Below, piece by piece: positions 38,190 to 47,870 of a DNA stretch of 64,000 bases. This stretch comes from an uncultured Candidatus Saccharibacteria bacterium (GTDB lineage: Bacteria; Patescibacteriota; UBA1384; 2-12-FULL-50-11). The stretch is from positions 149,942-213,941 of the forward strand of contig CAZRED010000001.1 in the NCBI GenBank assembly GCA_964599405.1, given 5' to 3'. The notes beneath the pieces were generated by a model, which saw only the letters and a program-made list of their open reading frames with translations, was not told where the DNA came from and did no database searches. A program made the translations under genes and the position numbers. The number at the start of each line of letters is the position of its first letter. Positions within the stretch are counted from its first letter, which is position 1.

Positions 38190-39470
38190 TTAGCGAGTAT
38201 AAACTTGAGCGGCGGCGGTGAAGGCAGATACTTCGCTGGCCATTTTGCCGGGGAATGTTTCTACCTTCAACTTGTCGGGCGCAGTCATTTGCAGCAACGC
38301 AACTCCCTTAACCTGATTGCCAGCCTGTAATTTCGGGTTCGCAATGACATGGTCGAGCATCCAGCTCGCACCACTGTCGCCATCGATGTAGCCGCCCTCG
38401 ACAAGCTCGTACTTAACGAGCCCTGTCTCCATGCTAACGACGGCGGGATCTGGGGCATTGCCCTTGACCATAAATTGACTGGCCCCGGTCTTCCAGTTGC
38501 CGACCGAAAATTTAATGGCGGTTGGGTCTAAATAGTCGTAGGCAATCGCCAAATGGCCATCCCAATAACGCGAAAGGGCCTGGCCTTGGATAGCTGGCGG
38601 TCCGTTAAATCCATTCGTTCCTTCTTGGAACCAGTTGCCAACGAGCTTGCCAGCAATATCGTAATTGATTTTTCCTGTCCGCGGTTCAACAACGCGCGCT
38701 GCTTTGGCCAAGAGCTGTGCCCGGAGCCCTACTTCAAAATATTTGAACATATCATCAAGGTAAAAACGGGATTCCTGGTCCTTATAGGAAGCGGTATTGG
38801 CGACAAAATCTGGTTCTTTTTCAAAATTCCAGACTGCAAAATCAACGGTCTGGCCGCCAATCCGACCGACTAACTGACCGGCCTTGATTGGAATGCGAAC
38901 GGACTTACTCTCGAAGCCTTCAAGTTTGCCGACAACCGCGGTCAGCTCTGGTGAGAGCGAGGTCAAAAGGTCGTAATAACTATAAAACGTGCACGTATGC
39001 TCAAACTGCATCTGATACTCGTCAGTGACGTGATTCGGGTCTTGATTGTCACCGACGGCCTGACCGCGATGGGAAATACTAACGATAAAGCCGTCGGCGA
39101 TAGCGTAAACAGGATATTTATCGCGCTCTGACCTAAAAATGATGGGAGAATAGTAGCCGTGATCGGTTGGCATCACGTGCGCACCGACCATAATACCGTA
39201 GGGCTGAATAATGCCGATATCGGCGACATCCATCGGGGCGTGCGTAAACACGACGGTACCGCTTCCCTGACATTTCCCTTGACTCATGTTCCGGCTAAAT
39301 GGATTATCTTTCGCGTCTCCGGTGGTGGTTGTCTCTTGGGTCGTGGGGTTGTTGGTTACCGTCAGTTTACGAGTACTCCTGTACACAAAATAGCCGGCCG
39401 TCAGAAGAATAACGCCACTCACGACCACCACAATCAGCCAACGCTTCATTTTGTGAGCGCTAGCGAACAA
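38190..39470 (-). CDS. N-terminally anchored extracellular protein, unknown function
   Basis: TM helix at residues 10-30. No recognisable motif. Confidence 0.4.
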   Translation of the reverse strand: MFASAHKMKRWLIVVVVSGVILLTAGYFVYRSTRKLTVTNNPTTQETTTTGDAKDNPFSRNMSQGKCQGSGTVVFTHAPMDVADIGIIQPYGIMVGAHVMPTDHGYYSPIIFRSERDKYPVYAIADGFIVSISHRGQAVGDNQDPNHVTDEYQMQFEHTCTFYSYYDLLTSLSPELTAVVGKLEGFESKSVRIPIKAGQLVGRIGGQTVDFAVWNFEKEPDFVANTASYKDQESRFYLDDMFKYFEVGLRAQLLAKAARVVEPRTGKINYDIAGKLVGNWFQEGTNGFNGPPAIQGQALSRYWDGHLAIAYDYLDPTAIKFSVGNWKTGASQFMVKGNAPDPAVVSMETGLVKYELVEGGYIDGDSGASWMLDHVIANPKLQAGNQVKGVALLQMTAPDKLKVETFPGKMASEVSAFTAAAQVYTR

Positions 39471-39583
39471 AAGAATAGAATATTCATTACTTTTAGTTTG
39501 ACCGGTTAGTAGTAAAGAACAAGTCGACAGCCCTTGCGCAAAATATTGAATTAATCCATGCTGGACAAAAGGAGCAACAAACT

Positions 39584-39850
39584 ATGGGATGGATTGTCAC
39601 TATTATAGTGGGAGCGTTAATTGGTTGGATAGCCAGTAAGATGATGAGTACGGACGAGCAACAGGGGGCGTTGGCCAATATTGGGATTGGAATTGCCGGC
39701 TCGTTGCTGGGTAGCTGGTTGTTTGGCAGTGTCCTGGGAATTGGTAGCGCCGGTGCCGCCGGAGCGTTTAGCTTCTGGGGAGTTGTTTGGGGAATCGTTG
39801 GCGCAGTGGTCTTAATTGCCATATTGAAGGCCTTTAAGGTGTTGAAGTAA
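39584..39850 (+). CDS. GlsB/YeaQ/YmgE family transglycosylase-associated membrane protein
   Basis: [20 protein letters not shown]...[13 protein letters not shown] glycine-zipper pattern of PF04226. Confidence 0.7.
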   Translation: MGWIVTIIVGALIGWIASKMMSTDEQQGALANIGIGIAGSLLGSWLFGSVLGIGSAGAAGAFSFWGVVWGIVGAVVLIAILKAFKVLK

Positions 39851-40266
39851 TGCCGGTGGAAGTGGAGAAAGAGGTAACGACCACCAGCGAAGGGCCAGTG
39901 GCCGACCAAGTCAGCCAAACTGCTACCGTTTCGCAAGTGCCAACGGGAGCAGAAGTTCAAGACGCCCGTTCGGATCGGGGCAATGCCTGGATTTGGTATA
40001 TCGTGGGAATTATCGATCTGATACTACTGCTACGATTGGTATTTTTGCTGTTGGGCGCTCGAGCTGTCGGCTTTGCCGATTTTCTCTACAGTATTTCTAG
40101 CCCGTTTGTAGCGCCGTTTCGGGGAATCTTTCCCAACCCGCAAGTAGAAGGGTCGTATTTTGATATGGCCTCGTTTGCTGCGATTATCGTCTACGCCCTG
40201 TTAGGCTGGGTTGTGGCTCGGCTAATTGATCTGGCCACTCGGCCAGGGAACAGCAGCAAAATCTAA
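39850..40266 (+). CDS. YggT family membrane protein
   Basis: FLYSISSPFVAPFRGIFP...DMASFAAIIVYALLG matches the YggT (PF02325) consensus. Confidence 0.6.
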   Translation: MPVEVEKEVTTTSEGPVADQVSQTATVSQVPTGAEVQDARSDRGNAWIWYIVGIIDLILLLRLVFLLLGARAVGFADFLYSISSPFVAPFRGIFPNPQVEGSYFDMASFAAIIVYALLGWVVARLIDLATRPGNSSKI

Positions 40267-40311
40267 CTTCCTCTTGACAGTACTATTTCTAATATACTAA
40301 CCTAACTACAT

Positions 40312-41253
40312 ATGAGGGTTCTGAACATGACTAAGCCTAGTAAGTATTCAACAATCAATGTATTGATCGCTTCCTTGGTGGTTGGACTCGCTGGTGTAGT
40401 TGTAGCATTCGCGGCCGGCCCCACAACCGTCAATCTTGGCACAGCCGAACCTTTTGCCATCCTAGCTGGGACTCCTGATATTACTGACTCTCCGACATCG
40501 ACTATTACTGGAAACGTTGGGTTGTACCCAGGCCCTGCTTCCGGTATCGGGCTACTTTGTTCACAAGTAACCGGGACAATCTATGGGCGCGATGGCACGG
40601 GTGACCCGTGTTTTACGGTCAACGATCCGTTACTCCTGGCGGCCAAGAACGACTTAACTGCCGCGTTTACCGATGCAGCCGGGCGAACACCGGTTATTAT
40701 TGTACCAACCGAGCTCGGCGGAACGACTAAATTTGCAGGTGTTTACGCCTCTGACGACACTACGTTTCAGATTTCGGCACCAATCCCCCTCATCCTCGAT
40801 GGACAAGGCGATCCCAATGCCGTTTTCATCTTCGAAATGAATGCGGAGGGAACCGGACTGACTGTCGGACCGGGTAGTGTGGTACAGCTCACGGGCCAGG
40901 CCCAGGCCTGCAACGTCTTTTGGCGAGTAGACACAGCTACTATCGACAGCACCGCGGTATTCAAGGGTACTATCCTGGCTCTGACCTCGATTACGGTGGC
41001 TAACGGCGCCAACATTGAAGGAAGACTATTGGCTCGTAACGGTAGCGTCACCTTAATTAACGACACCATCACCAAACCGACTTGTGTAGCAGCGGCTACA
41101 GTCACTCCGCCGGCAACTACGCCATCTCTCCCCGACACTGGTCTAACTCCCGATGGCAGCAACAGTGCCGTGTGGAGCGTTATTATCCCAGTTTGGGCCA
41201 TTGCCGGTCTGTTCTCGTTCTGGTTAGTTCGACGCAAACAGCGGACGATTTAG
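40312..41253 (+). CDS. LPXTG-anchored ice-binding-like (DUF3494) beta-helix protein
   Basis: AEPFAILAGTPDIT...GNVGLYPG and CNVFWRVDTATIDSTAVFKGTILALTSITVANGANIEGRLLARNGSVTL are DUF3494 hallmarks. C-terminal LPDTG, TM, then RRKQRTI. Confidence 0.7.
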   Translation: MRVLNMTKPSKYSTINVLIASLVVGLAGVVVAFAAGPTTVNLGTAEPFAILAGTPDITDSPTSTITGNVGLYPGPASGIGLLCSQVTGTIYGRDGTGDPCFTVNDPLLLAAKNDLTAAFTDAAGRTPVIIVPTELGGTTKFAGVYASDDTTFQISAPIPLILDGQGDPNAVFIFEMNAEGTGLTVGPGSVVQLTGQAQACNVFWRVDTATIDSTAVFKGTILALTSITVANGANIEGRLLARNGSVTLINDTITKPTCVAAATVTPPATTPSLPDTGLTPDGSNSAVWSVIIPVWAIAGLFSFWLVRRKQRTI

Positions 41254-41301
41254 TCTAGGCATTAAATAAGAGGCGCTAATATATTTACCTGGAGGGCCGG
41301 T

Positions 41302-41922
41302 ATGGGTCTATCACCAGCTCCATTAAAACGAGTGCTATTAGCTATCAAGCTGGTGGGGGTGTCAGCGGGAATTGTCGTCTCTTTGGCAATTTACTCTGCC
41401 AAAAATACCCCCGACTATGAAAACGTCTTAGTGCCCGTTGAGAAAATCGTCGTTCCTTCGGTGGTAGCGCCGGCTCTTTTGGCTTCTCCGTTGCGACTGA
41501 AGATTCCTAAGATTGAGGTTAACGCCGTCATCGAATACGTCGGTCTGAACACTGATGGAGCAATGGGAGTGCCGAAAGATCCCGCCGATGTTGCTTGGTT
41601 CAATCTCGGGGCACGACCCGGTGAGGTTGGTAGCGCGGTAATCGCCGGGCACTACGGGTGGAGAAATAATATTCCAGCGGTATTTGACGATCTCCATAAA
41701 TTGCGTCCTGGTGATACCTTAGTAATCGAGGACGACAGAGGAGCAAGCACCACCTTCGTGGTGCGGGAAAGCCGCCGGTACGACCCGACAGCGGACGCCT
41801 CGGAGATATTTTTGCAAAGCGACGGGATAGCTCACCTTAACCTAGTTACCTGCGAAGGGGTGTGGAACGTCGCTACTGATAGTTACTCTCGGCGGCTGGT
41901 GGTATTTACCGACAAACAGTAG
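41302..41922 (+). CDS. Sortase family transpeptidase (second copy)
   Basis: Paralog of 36133-37044 (IAGHYGW, NLVTCEG, RRLVVFTD). N-terminal TM. Confidence 0.75.
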   Translation: MGLSPAPLKRVLLAIKLVGVSAGIVVSLAIYSAKNTPDYENVLVPVEKIVVPSVVAPALLASPLRLKIPKIEVNAVIEYVGLNTDGAMGVPKDPADVAWFNLGARPGEVGSAVIAGHYGWRNNIPAVFDDLHKLRPGDTLVIEDDRGASTTFVVRESRRYDPTADASEIFLQSDGIAHLNLVTCEGVWNVATDSYSRRLVVFTDKQ

Positions 41923-41925
41923 CCA

Positions 41926-41964
41926 GCTCGACATTTGCGTGTCTGTAGGTAACATCTAGACAAT
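41926..41964 (+). promoter_or_regulatory. Conserved promoter cassette copy P8
   Basis: TCGACA 41928-33, 16-nt spacer, TAACAT 41950-55, ATG at 41965. The cassette starts 3 nt after the sortase stop codon. Confidence 0.5.
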
Positions 41965-42324
41965 ATGCAAAAAGCTCAATCAGTTGACGAATACATCGGC
42001 CGTGAGCCAAAAAATGTTCAAGAAAAACTGAAACAGTTTCGAGAGATTGTTAAGGAAGCCGCGCCAATGGCTGAAGAACGAATCAGCTATGGGATGCCGG
42101 GTTACTTCTACAACGGAGCGCTGGTATATTTCGGCGGATTTAAGAATCATGTAAGCCTGTTCGGAACAGCCTCCGGCGTGATGAAAAAATTCGCCAAAGA
42201 ACTGGATGATTACATTACGTCAAAAGGGACAATTCAGTTTCCGCTCGACCAACCCCTGCCGACTGTCCTCATAAAAAAATTAGTGCACGAACGGGTTGCT
42301 GAAAACGAATTGAAGAAGGGCTGA
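41965..42324 (+). CDS. DUF1801 (YdhG-like) domain protein
   Basis: SVDEYIG...KLKQFREIVKEAAP...ISYGMPGY...FKNHVSLFG matches the DUF1801 pattern. Confidence 0.6.
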   Translation: MQKAQSVDEYIGREPKNVQEKLKQFREIVKEAAPMAEERISYGMPGYFYNGALVYFGGFKNHVSLFGTASGVMKKFAKELDDYITSKGTIQFPLDQPLPTVLIKKLVHERVAENELKKG

Positions 42325-42373
42325 GAATGGACAGCTATTGCGCAAAGAGTACAATCACCTCAAAGGAGAATAG

Positions 42374-42610
42374 ATGAAAAAGGAAGAATTCAAAGTCAAC
42401 GGCGAAGAACTACTGAAAAAGGTTAAAGCCCTCATTAAAGAGGGTAATATCCGCTCGATTGCCATCACTGATAAATCTGGCAAAAAGTTAGCCAATTTCC
42501 CTCTGACGGCCGGAGTAGTTGGAGCAGTGTTACTGCCGACATTAGCCGCCATCGGCGCTATCGCCGCTTTAATTACTGAGTGTACAATCACCGTGGAGAG
42601 AGAGGACTAA
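42374..42610 (+). CDS. DUF4342 family protein
   Basis: KVNGEELLKKVKALIKEGNIRSIAI...PLTAGVVGAVLLPTLAAIGAIAAL matches DUF4342. Confidence 0.55.
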   Translation: MKKEEFKVNGEELLKKVKALIKEGNIRSIAITDKSGKKLANFPLTAGVVGAVLLPTLAAIGAIAALITECTITVERED

Positions 42611-42611
42611 T

Positions 42612-42833
42612 ATGGGTAACTGGGACTATTTCGGCGTTAACACCCATCCTGGATTCACGGTAATGTTTCCGTTTTTTCTGCTGTTAGCCTTGTGGGAGCT
42701 GGCGTGGAAGGGCTGGGCCATGTGGAAAGCGGCCGAGAGTAAGGAAACCGGCTGGTTTATCGCCCTACTAATCTTCAACACTATCGGTATTCTGCCGATT
42801 CTCTACATCTACGTTTTTTCTAAGAAAAAATAA
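42612..42833 (+). CDS. Small 2-TM membrane protein
   Basis: 73 aa, Trp-rich (WELAWKGWAMWK). Confidence 0.35.
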   Translation: MGNWDYFGVNTHPGFTVMFPFFLLLALWELAWKGWAMWKAAESKETGWFIALLIFNTIGILPILYIYVFSKKK

Positions 42834-42865
42834 GGCAAAAGTCCGGCTTCTTATTTTATAAAAAA

Positions 42866-42897
42866 CAAAAAGTCCGCCATCTGGCGGAATTTTTGTT
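42866..42897. terminator. Bidirectional rho-independent terminator
   Basis: TCCGCCA-tc-TGGCGGA stem flanked by an A-run upstream and a T-run downstream, between convergent genes. Confidence 0.6.
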
Positions 42898-42923
42898 AAC
42901 CAAACGTTCGGTTATAACACCTT

Positions 42924-43760
42924 TTACCTGCTATCTTGGCCAGTATTTACGAACCTAATACACTGACCTTGATTGCTGAAGCCGAAGTCCATCCAACCGC
43001 CTTGTTTGCAGTCGTCTTTAGTCTCGGGATCAACCAGTCCTGCGTGCCAATGCGCCGCGTAGCTGTCGTTACTTAGAGTTGGGAACTCATCCAAGCCATA
43101 GTTGTAGCTGTTTAGAAACAGCTCACGGATGAAGTTTTCGCCACCCCCTGCACTCGCTACGAAGTCACCGTTGAGGTAGTAGTTGTACAACTGCGTCGTG
43201 GTATCGAGCTCAATGCCCAGCGTTACCCATTCTCCGTAGGTAAACGGTGTATTTAGGTTGGTCCATAAGCCGGTTGCAGAACTCCAGAAACGCCAGCCTT
43301 CGTGGTTGCCTTGTGCCGAAGCGCCGGAAGTGCTCGGTTCTAGGTTCACGAACTCGAGAATCCCAAACCAGTTATCTCTAGCACCAGCACCATCATCTCC
43401 AACCACCCAGAACCCTGCTCGGACCGCCTTGTTTTCCCAATTGGGGTCGATATAAAGATCAACCTGTACTGAGTCGCCGTAGTTATCTACACCCGTGGTT
43501 TTAATTCCTTCGGTGCGCTGGAAGGTTCCAGCGGCTGTTTCGTCGCTATCGATACCTAAGCGCGCAACGTCATCCCTGCCAAAGGCCGAGACTGAAGTTA
43601 CTCCGTCAGTCGGAAATGCTCGATCTGCTTCCCAATTAGTGTCTAACTCAGCTTGAGTAAATGGGTTTAACAAGTGGCTACTTGCCGTTGCAGTTCCGAT
43701 TGAAGCCATTAGAGTAAGCACACCAGCCATTGAGAACATTAATACTTTTCTTATATTCAT
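42924..43760 (-). CDS. Secreted protein, unknown function
   Basis: Signal peptide. Asp/Gly/Trp-rich. No family recognised. Confidence 0.4.
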   Translation of the reverse strand: MNIRKVLMFSMAGVLTLMASIGTATASSHLLNPFTQAELDTNWEADRAFPTDGVTSVSAFGRDDVARLGIDSDETAAGTFQRTEGIKTTGVDNYGDSVQVDLYIDPNWENKAVRAGFWVVGDDGAGARDNWFGILEFVNLEPSTSGASAQGNHEGWRFWSSATGLWTNLNTPFTYGEWVTLGIELDTTTQLYNYYLNGDFVASAGGGENFIRELFLNSYNYGLDEFPTLSNDSYAAHWHAGLVDPETKDDCKQGGWMDFGFSNQGQCIRFVNTGQDSR

Positions 43761-43852
43761 TTATTTCACCACCTTCCCGACGTTTTTTATTACTACTGCG
43801 AACATAGTCCCCGACACCAGCACTGTCAAACAAAAATGTGTAATATTGATAT

Positions 43853-44611
43853 ATGAGTACTGCTCGTAAACTTTTTCTCTTCCTAGGCCTACCCCTGATA
43901 CTGGTCTTTGCCATTGTGGTGGCTTGGGCGTTTCAAGGGAAGAATACCACCGACACTGCCAACACCAGCCAAGTTACCACCGAAACAGCTTCTTGCGACC
44001 TACTGTCACCAGTTGACGTATCCAAAGCTACTAGTATCCTCTACCCCGGTCAAACCCGTGGCGGCGACTTCAAACCGCACGGCGGTTTCCGCTTTGACGG
44101 GTTGAAAAACGAAGACGTAACGGTAACAGTACCGCTTGCCGCCAAGGTTACTTCCGGCAGTCGTTATATTGAGCGGGGAGAGGTTCAGTATATGTTCGAT
44201 TTTGAGGGTGATTGCGGTATAAATTATCGCTTCGACCACCTGAAAACCCTGTCGGCCAAGTTTCAAGCAATTGCCGATAAATTACCGGCTGCCAAAGTAG
44301 ACGATTCTCGCACTACCGCGGTCAGCCCCGAAGTATCGGTAGCGACCGGGGAAGTTGTAGCAACAGCTGTCGGATTTGCGGTAGGCGACAACGGTCCAAA
44401 CGTCAGTGTTGACTTCGGCGTCTACGACAAGCGGCAGAAGAATGCATCTTCGAAAGATGCTGCATGGGTAGCTGCCCACAGCGAAGACGGCGACCAAGCC
44501 TATTACGGCGTTTGTTGGTTTGATTTGCTGCCGGCGGCCGACGCCGCTATCGTCAAAGCTCTACCGGCTGGCGATAGTGCTGCCGGCAAAACCAGTGATT
44601 ACTGTAACTAG
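43853..44611 (+). CDS. Secreted protein, unknown function
   Basis: N-terminal TM/signal. No family recognised. Confidence 0.4.
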   Translation: MSTARKLFLFLGLPLILVFAIVVAWAFQGKNTTDTANTSQVTTETASCDLLSPVDVSKATSILYPGQTRGGDFKPHGGFRFDGLKNEDVTVTVPLAAKVTSGSRYIERGEVQYMFDFEGDCGINYRFDHLKTLSAKFQAIADKLPAAKVDDSRTTAVSPEVSVATGEVVATAVGFAVGDNGPNVSVDFGVYDKRQKNASSKDAAWVAAHSEDGDQAYYGVCWFDLLPAADAAIVKALPAGDSAAGKTSDYCN

Positions 44612-44613
44612 CT

Positions 44614-45828
44614 ATGAGTAAACTTCCCGGCTGGCTCTTAGGAGTGATCGGCGCAGTAGTAGTTGTTGGCTCGGCAACAGCTTTTTACTTTTGGCAGAAG
44701 CAACCGGAGCCGCCAGCTCAATCAGAACAGGTAGAAACCACCGCCACTCCACCGCCCGCCACCACCAAGCTAGCATCAATATTGGTAGTAGACGGGCTGG
44801 AAGCGCCAACTGTCATAATGACCATTGCCGGTGACGATCGGCTGTTTGTGGCTGAACAAGGCGGCACCATCCGAACCGTCGCCAACAAAACGTTGTCAGC
44901 AACACCATTTATCGACATTTCCGACCGAGTGCGCTTCGACGGCGAAATGGGGCTGCTAGGTGCGTCCTTTCACCCGGACCTAGCCAATGACGGCCGGATT
45001 TTCCTGAACTACGTTGATAAAAACATGAATACCACTATCTCCAGTTTTCGGGTGACCGGCGAAAATTTCGCCACGGCCGATCCGGCCAGTGAGAAAGTGC
45101 TACTGCGCTTTAAGCAACCGTATGCCAACCATAACGGCGGTGATCTGCATTTTGGACCAGACGGCTACTTGTACATTGCCACCGGTGATGGCGGGAGCGG
45201 TGGCGATCCGCAAGACCGCGCCCAAAACTTAACTAATTTTTTCGGGAAAATTCTCCGAATTGATGTCAACAGCGGCGACCCCTACAAAGTTCCCACCGAC
45301 AATCCGTTCGTGGCCACGGCGGGCGCTACCACCGAAATTTGGGCCTACGGGTTGCGTAATCCCTGGCGCTTCAGTTTCGACAAAACCACCAAGGATATGT
45401 GGATTGCCGATGTCGGACAAGGGGACCAAGAGGAAGTTAACTTCATTGCAGTTGGTAGTAAGAGTGGTTTGAACTTTGGTTGGCGCTGCTACGAAGCGGC
45501 CAGCAATTATAATTTGAGCGGCTGTTTGGCCAAAGAAAATTACACTTTCCCCGTTACCAGCTACGACCATAGCGCCGGGCGCTGCTCGGTAACCGGCGGC
45601 CACGTTTACCGCGGCGAAAAGTACCCATCTTTGGTGGGACAGTATTTCTACGCCGATTACTGTGGTGGGCAGATCTACACCGGCTCAATTGCTAACGGAG
45701 TATGGACGGACGGCTTCAGTTTAGAAACAGAATTTGGGCCGACCGCCTTTGGCCAAGACAACGACGGCGAAATATATCTGGCCGACGCCAAATCCGGCAG
45801 CCTCTACCACCTCCAAGGCGCTAACTAA
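44614..45828 (+). CDS. PQQ-dependent sugar dehydrogenase family beta-propeller (sorbosone/glucose dehydrogenase-like), N-terminally anchored
   Basis: LFVAEQGGTIR, GLLGASFHPD, HNGGDLHFGPDGYLYIATGDGG and KILRIDV motifs of the soluble quinoprotein glucose dehydrogenase family. Confidence 0.7.
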   Translation: MSKLPGWLLGVIGAVVVVGSATAFYFWQKQPEPPAQSEQVETTATPPPATTKLASILVVDGLEAPTVIMTIAGDDRLFVAEQGGTIRTVANKTLSATPFIDISDRVRFDGEMGLLGASFHPDLANDGRIFLNYVDKNMNTTISSFRVTGENFATADPASEKVLLRFKQPYANHNGGDLHFGPDGYLYIATGDGGSGGDPQDRAQNLTNFFGKILRIDVNSGDPYKVPTDNPFVATAGATTEIWAYGLRNPWRFSFDKTTKDMWIADVGQGDQEEVNFIAVGSKSGLNFGWRCYEAASNYNLSGCLAKENYTFPVTSYDHSAGRCSVTGGHVYRGEKYPSLVGQYFYADYCGGQIYTGSIANGVWTDGFSLETEFGPTAFGQDNDGEIYLADAKSGSLYHLQGAN

Positions 45829-45962
45829 CTGGGGTTACGTTTGGCGGTGCACATCGGGCACTCGCAAGCGTTATCGCTGCATTTGCACTCGGCCATGCCG
45901 TCGTTATTGTTGGCGCCGCACACTGCACACGGTGCTCCACAAACACACATACTTTCTTCCAT
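45825..45962 (-). CDS. 45-aa Cys-rich metallothionein-like micro-protein
   Basis: MEESMCVCGAPCAVCGANNNDGMAECKCSDNACECPMCTAKRNPS has 10 Cys in 45 aa. SD GGAGG lies 5 nt upstream. The stop overlaps the convergent dehydrogenase stop. Absent from the ORF track because it is short. Confidence 0.45.
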   Translation of the reverse strand: MEESMCVCGAPCAVCGANNNDGMAECKCSDNACECPMCTAKRNPS

Positions 45963-46052
45963 CAAGCCTCCTTTTCAATACCTAACCACAAAATCACAAA
46001 AAGAAAAACCGCGCTCGAAGCGCGGTTTTCCGCCGAACATGTAATCCGTTGA

Positions 46053-46487
46053 CTACATTACCGGTTTTTGCGGTGGTGGCATGCTGCTGCCGCCACTTGA
46101 GGCCATCGAATCCATTGACGAGCCGCCTCCTGCGAAGCCGCCCCAAAGGAAAATCAGAGCCAAGACCACGTAGACCCAAGTGTGGGCCATATTGGTATCC
46201 ATAATTCCTAGAATCGTATCGGTTTGGAAGAAGCCGATAATCGCAAACAGCGCAAAAATAACTCCGAAAATCCGGAGATAAGTCTTGGCTGAATCGTTAC
46301 CCGCCATACCCATCCATAGACCCAAAGCACCAATGACGATATGAACAATGCTGTGAACGGTATCAACTTGGAAGATACCGAAGATCATTTTGTCGTCGTT
46401 AGTAATGCCAGGGATGAAACCAAGAACACCTAGCACGACTAGGATTAATCCGAACCATGTTGCTAATGACTTTGCCATAGGTTTCAC
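46053..46487 (-). CDS. DUF4383-like 4-TM membrane protein
   Basis: Two repeated LG(F)IPG...H.IVH.VIGALG units. Gly/Ser-rich tail. Confidence 0.4.
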   Translation of the reverse strand: MKPMAKSLATWFGLILVVLGVLGFIPGITNDDKMIFGIFQVDTVHSIVHIVIGALGLWMGMAGNDSAKTYLRIFGVIFALFAIIGFFQTDTILGIMDTNMAHTWVYVVLALIFLWGGFAGGGSSMDSMASSGGSSMPPPQKPVM

Positions 46488-46627
46488 CTCCTCCCCTAAT
46501 AGTTGTTCAACTTTACTCTTGTATTAAGAGTTATCTATTTAAAATAAAAAAGCAAGCAATTACCGCCGCCAGGCTGATTGACAGGGTTAGCGGGAGGCGT
46601 ATCGTAATATTAAAGAGGGGGTTAATA

Positions 46628-46852
46628 ATGTGGTTTGGAAAAAAACATCAGGATCGATCGTACGTAGCAGTCGCCATGACCGTGATTTTCATGGGAGCAG
46701 CGATTTTTGCCTTTGGAGTGAGCGGCTGGCTGATTAACTGGATGAACGAAGACCTTATCGTCGCGATTCCATCAATGAAAATCCTCGGCGGTATTGTGAT
46801 TATGAGTCTTGGCTACATTCAATTAGAGCTCGGTTTACTACGCAACAAGTAA
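46628..46852 (+). CDS. Small 2-TM membrane protein
   Basis: 74 aa, two helices. Confidence 0.35.
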   Translation: MWFGKKHQDRSYVAVAMTVIFMGAAIFAFGVSGWLINWMNEDLIVAIPSMKILGGIVIMSLGYIQLELGLLRNK

Positions 46853-46853
46853 A

Positions 46854-47348
46854 ATGCTGCGCGCGCTTTACGTAATTGCTATCGGCCTGCTTTTTGCGGG
46901 GGTGGTAGGTTTTGGTTTTTCAGCCTTTTATCCGGCGCCAGAGTATCCAGAAACACCGGCGTCGCTACGCTACCCACCGGTTTACAACGATCAGCCTACG
47001 GCTGAAGAGAAGGCAGCTCAAGAAAAATTCGACGCTGAACAGAAGGCCATCAACGACAGCTATACTGACGTCTCTGAAAACTACAACCGCAATCTGTCGA
47101 TTGGGCTGATTATTGTGGCCATGATTGTTCTGGCCGTTTCAATTATCGGGCTAGGAAAAATTGAGGTAATTGGCGACGGGCTAACCCTGGGTGGCGTGTT
47201 TACTTTGCTGTATGGATTGGGCCGAGCGATGGCTGCCGGTAACGAAAAAATTCAATTTTTAGCAGCACTGTTTGGCCTGGGAGTATTAATTTTCCTGGTT
47301 TACTGGAAATATATCCGGTTGGAAAAGAAAAGTGTTCCAATAACTTAG
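46854..47348 (+). CDS. 4-TM membrane protein, unknown function
   Basis: 164 aa. Start is 2 nt after the upstream stop, so the two are probably co-transcribed. Confidence 0.4.
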   Translation: MLRALYVIAIGLLFAGVVGFGFSAFYPAPEYPETPASLRYPPVYNDQPTAEEKAAQEKFDAEQKAINDSYTDVSENYNRNLSIGLIIVAMIVLAVSIIGLGKIEVIGDGLTLGGVFTLLYGLGRAMAAGNEKIQFLAALFGLGVLIFLVYWKYIRLEKKSVPIT

Positions 47349-47368
47349 TTAAAAATTTAGGTATAGAG

Positions 47369-47398
47369 AAAGGCCACAGTCTGAAGACTGTGGCCTTT
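47369..47398. terminator. Bidirectional terminator hairpin (13-bp perfect stem)
   Basis: AAAGGCCACAGTC-tgaa-GACTGTGGCCTTT between convergent genes. Confidence 0.6.
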
Positions 47399-47409
47399 AG
47401 TGTCCGCCG

Positions 47410-47718
47410 TTAGGACATTTGGGCTGGCTGTGATGCCCCCTGAGATTGCCCAGAGGTTATCTCCCCAATCTTCTGAAGGAAGCTCTCTCCTTCGTTTCTC
47501 GTGTCAACCGAGAGGAGTAAGTTTCCGTCGTGCCAAAGCTGTGGACCCTCAGCCCTCTTGCAAGAGAGTTCGTCTCCGGTCTGGACTGTAACCCCAATCG
47601 TAAGACCGGGGTAAGCTTCTTTGCATCTGCGCACAATCCTGTTGTTCTCGTTGTGCGATGGTGGGACTACAATGTGCAAATCGATATTCGTTACTTCCTG
47701 TCGCATAAAATTTCCCAT
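47410..47718 (-). CDS. Hypothetical protein
   Basis: 102 aa ORF with a coherent sequence. No family recognised. Confidence 0.3.
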   Translation of the reverse strand: MGNFMRQEVTNIDLHIVVPPSHNENNRIVRRCKEAYPGLTIGVTVQTGDELSCKRAEGPQLWHDGNLLLSVDTRNEGESFLQKIGEITSGQSQGASQPAQMS

Positions 47719-47870
47719 TTCCGCAGGTGGCGGTTATACAATTCTGCTCCCAATTTCTAGCAATTTCAACATTTTCAGTGACATTTTTACTCGGGCAATG
47801 TAGGATAGCAGGTTAGGACGCCCGCTTTGTAGCTGTAAAAAATATTATTCCCAGCTACAATGACCCAAGC

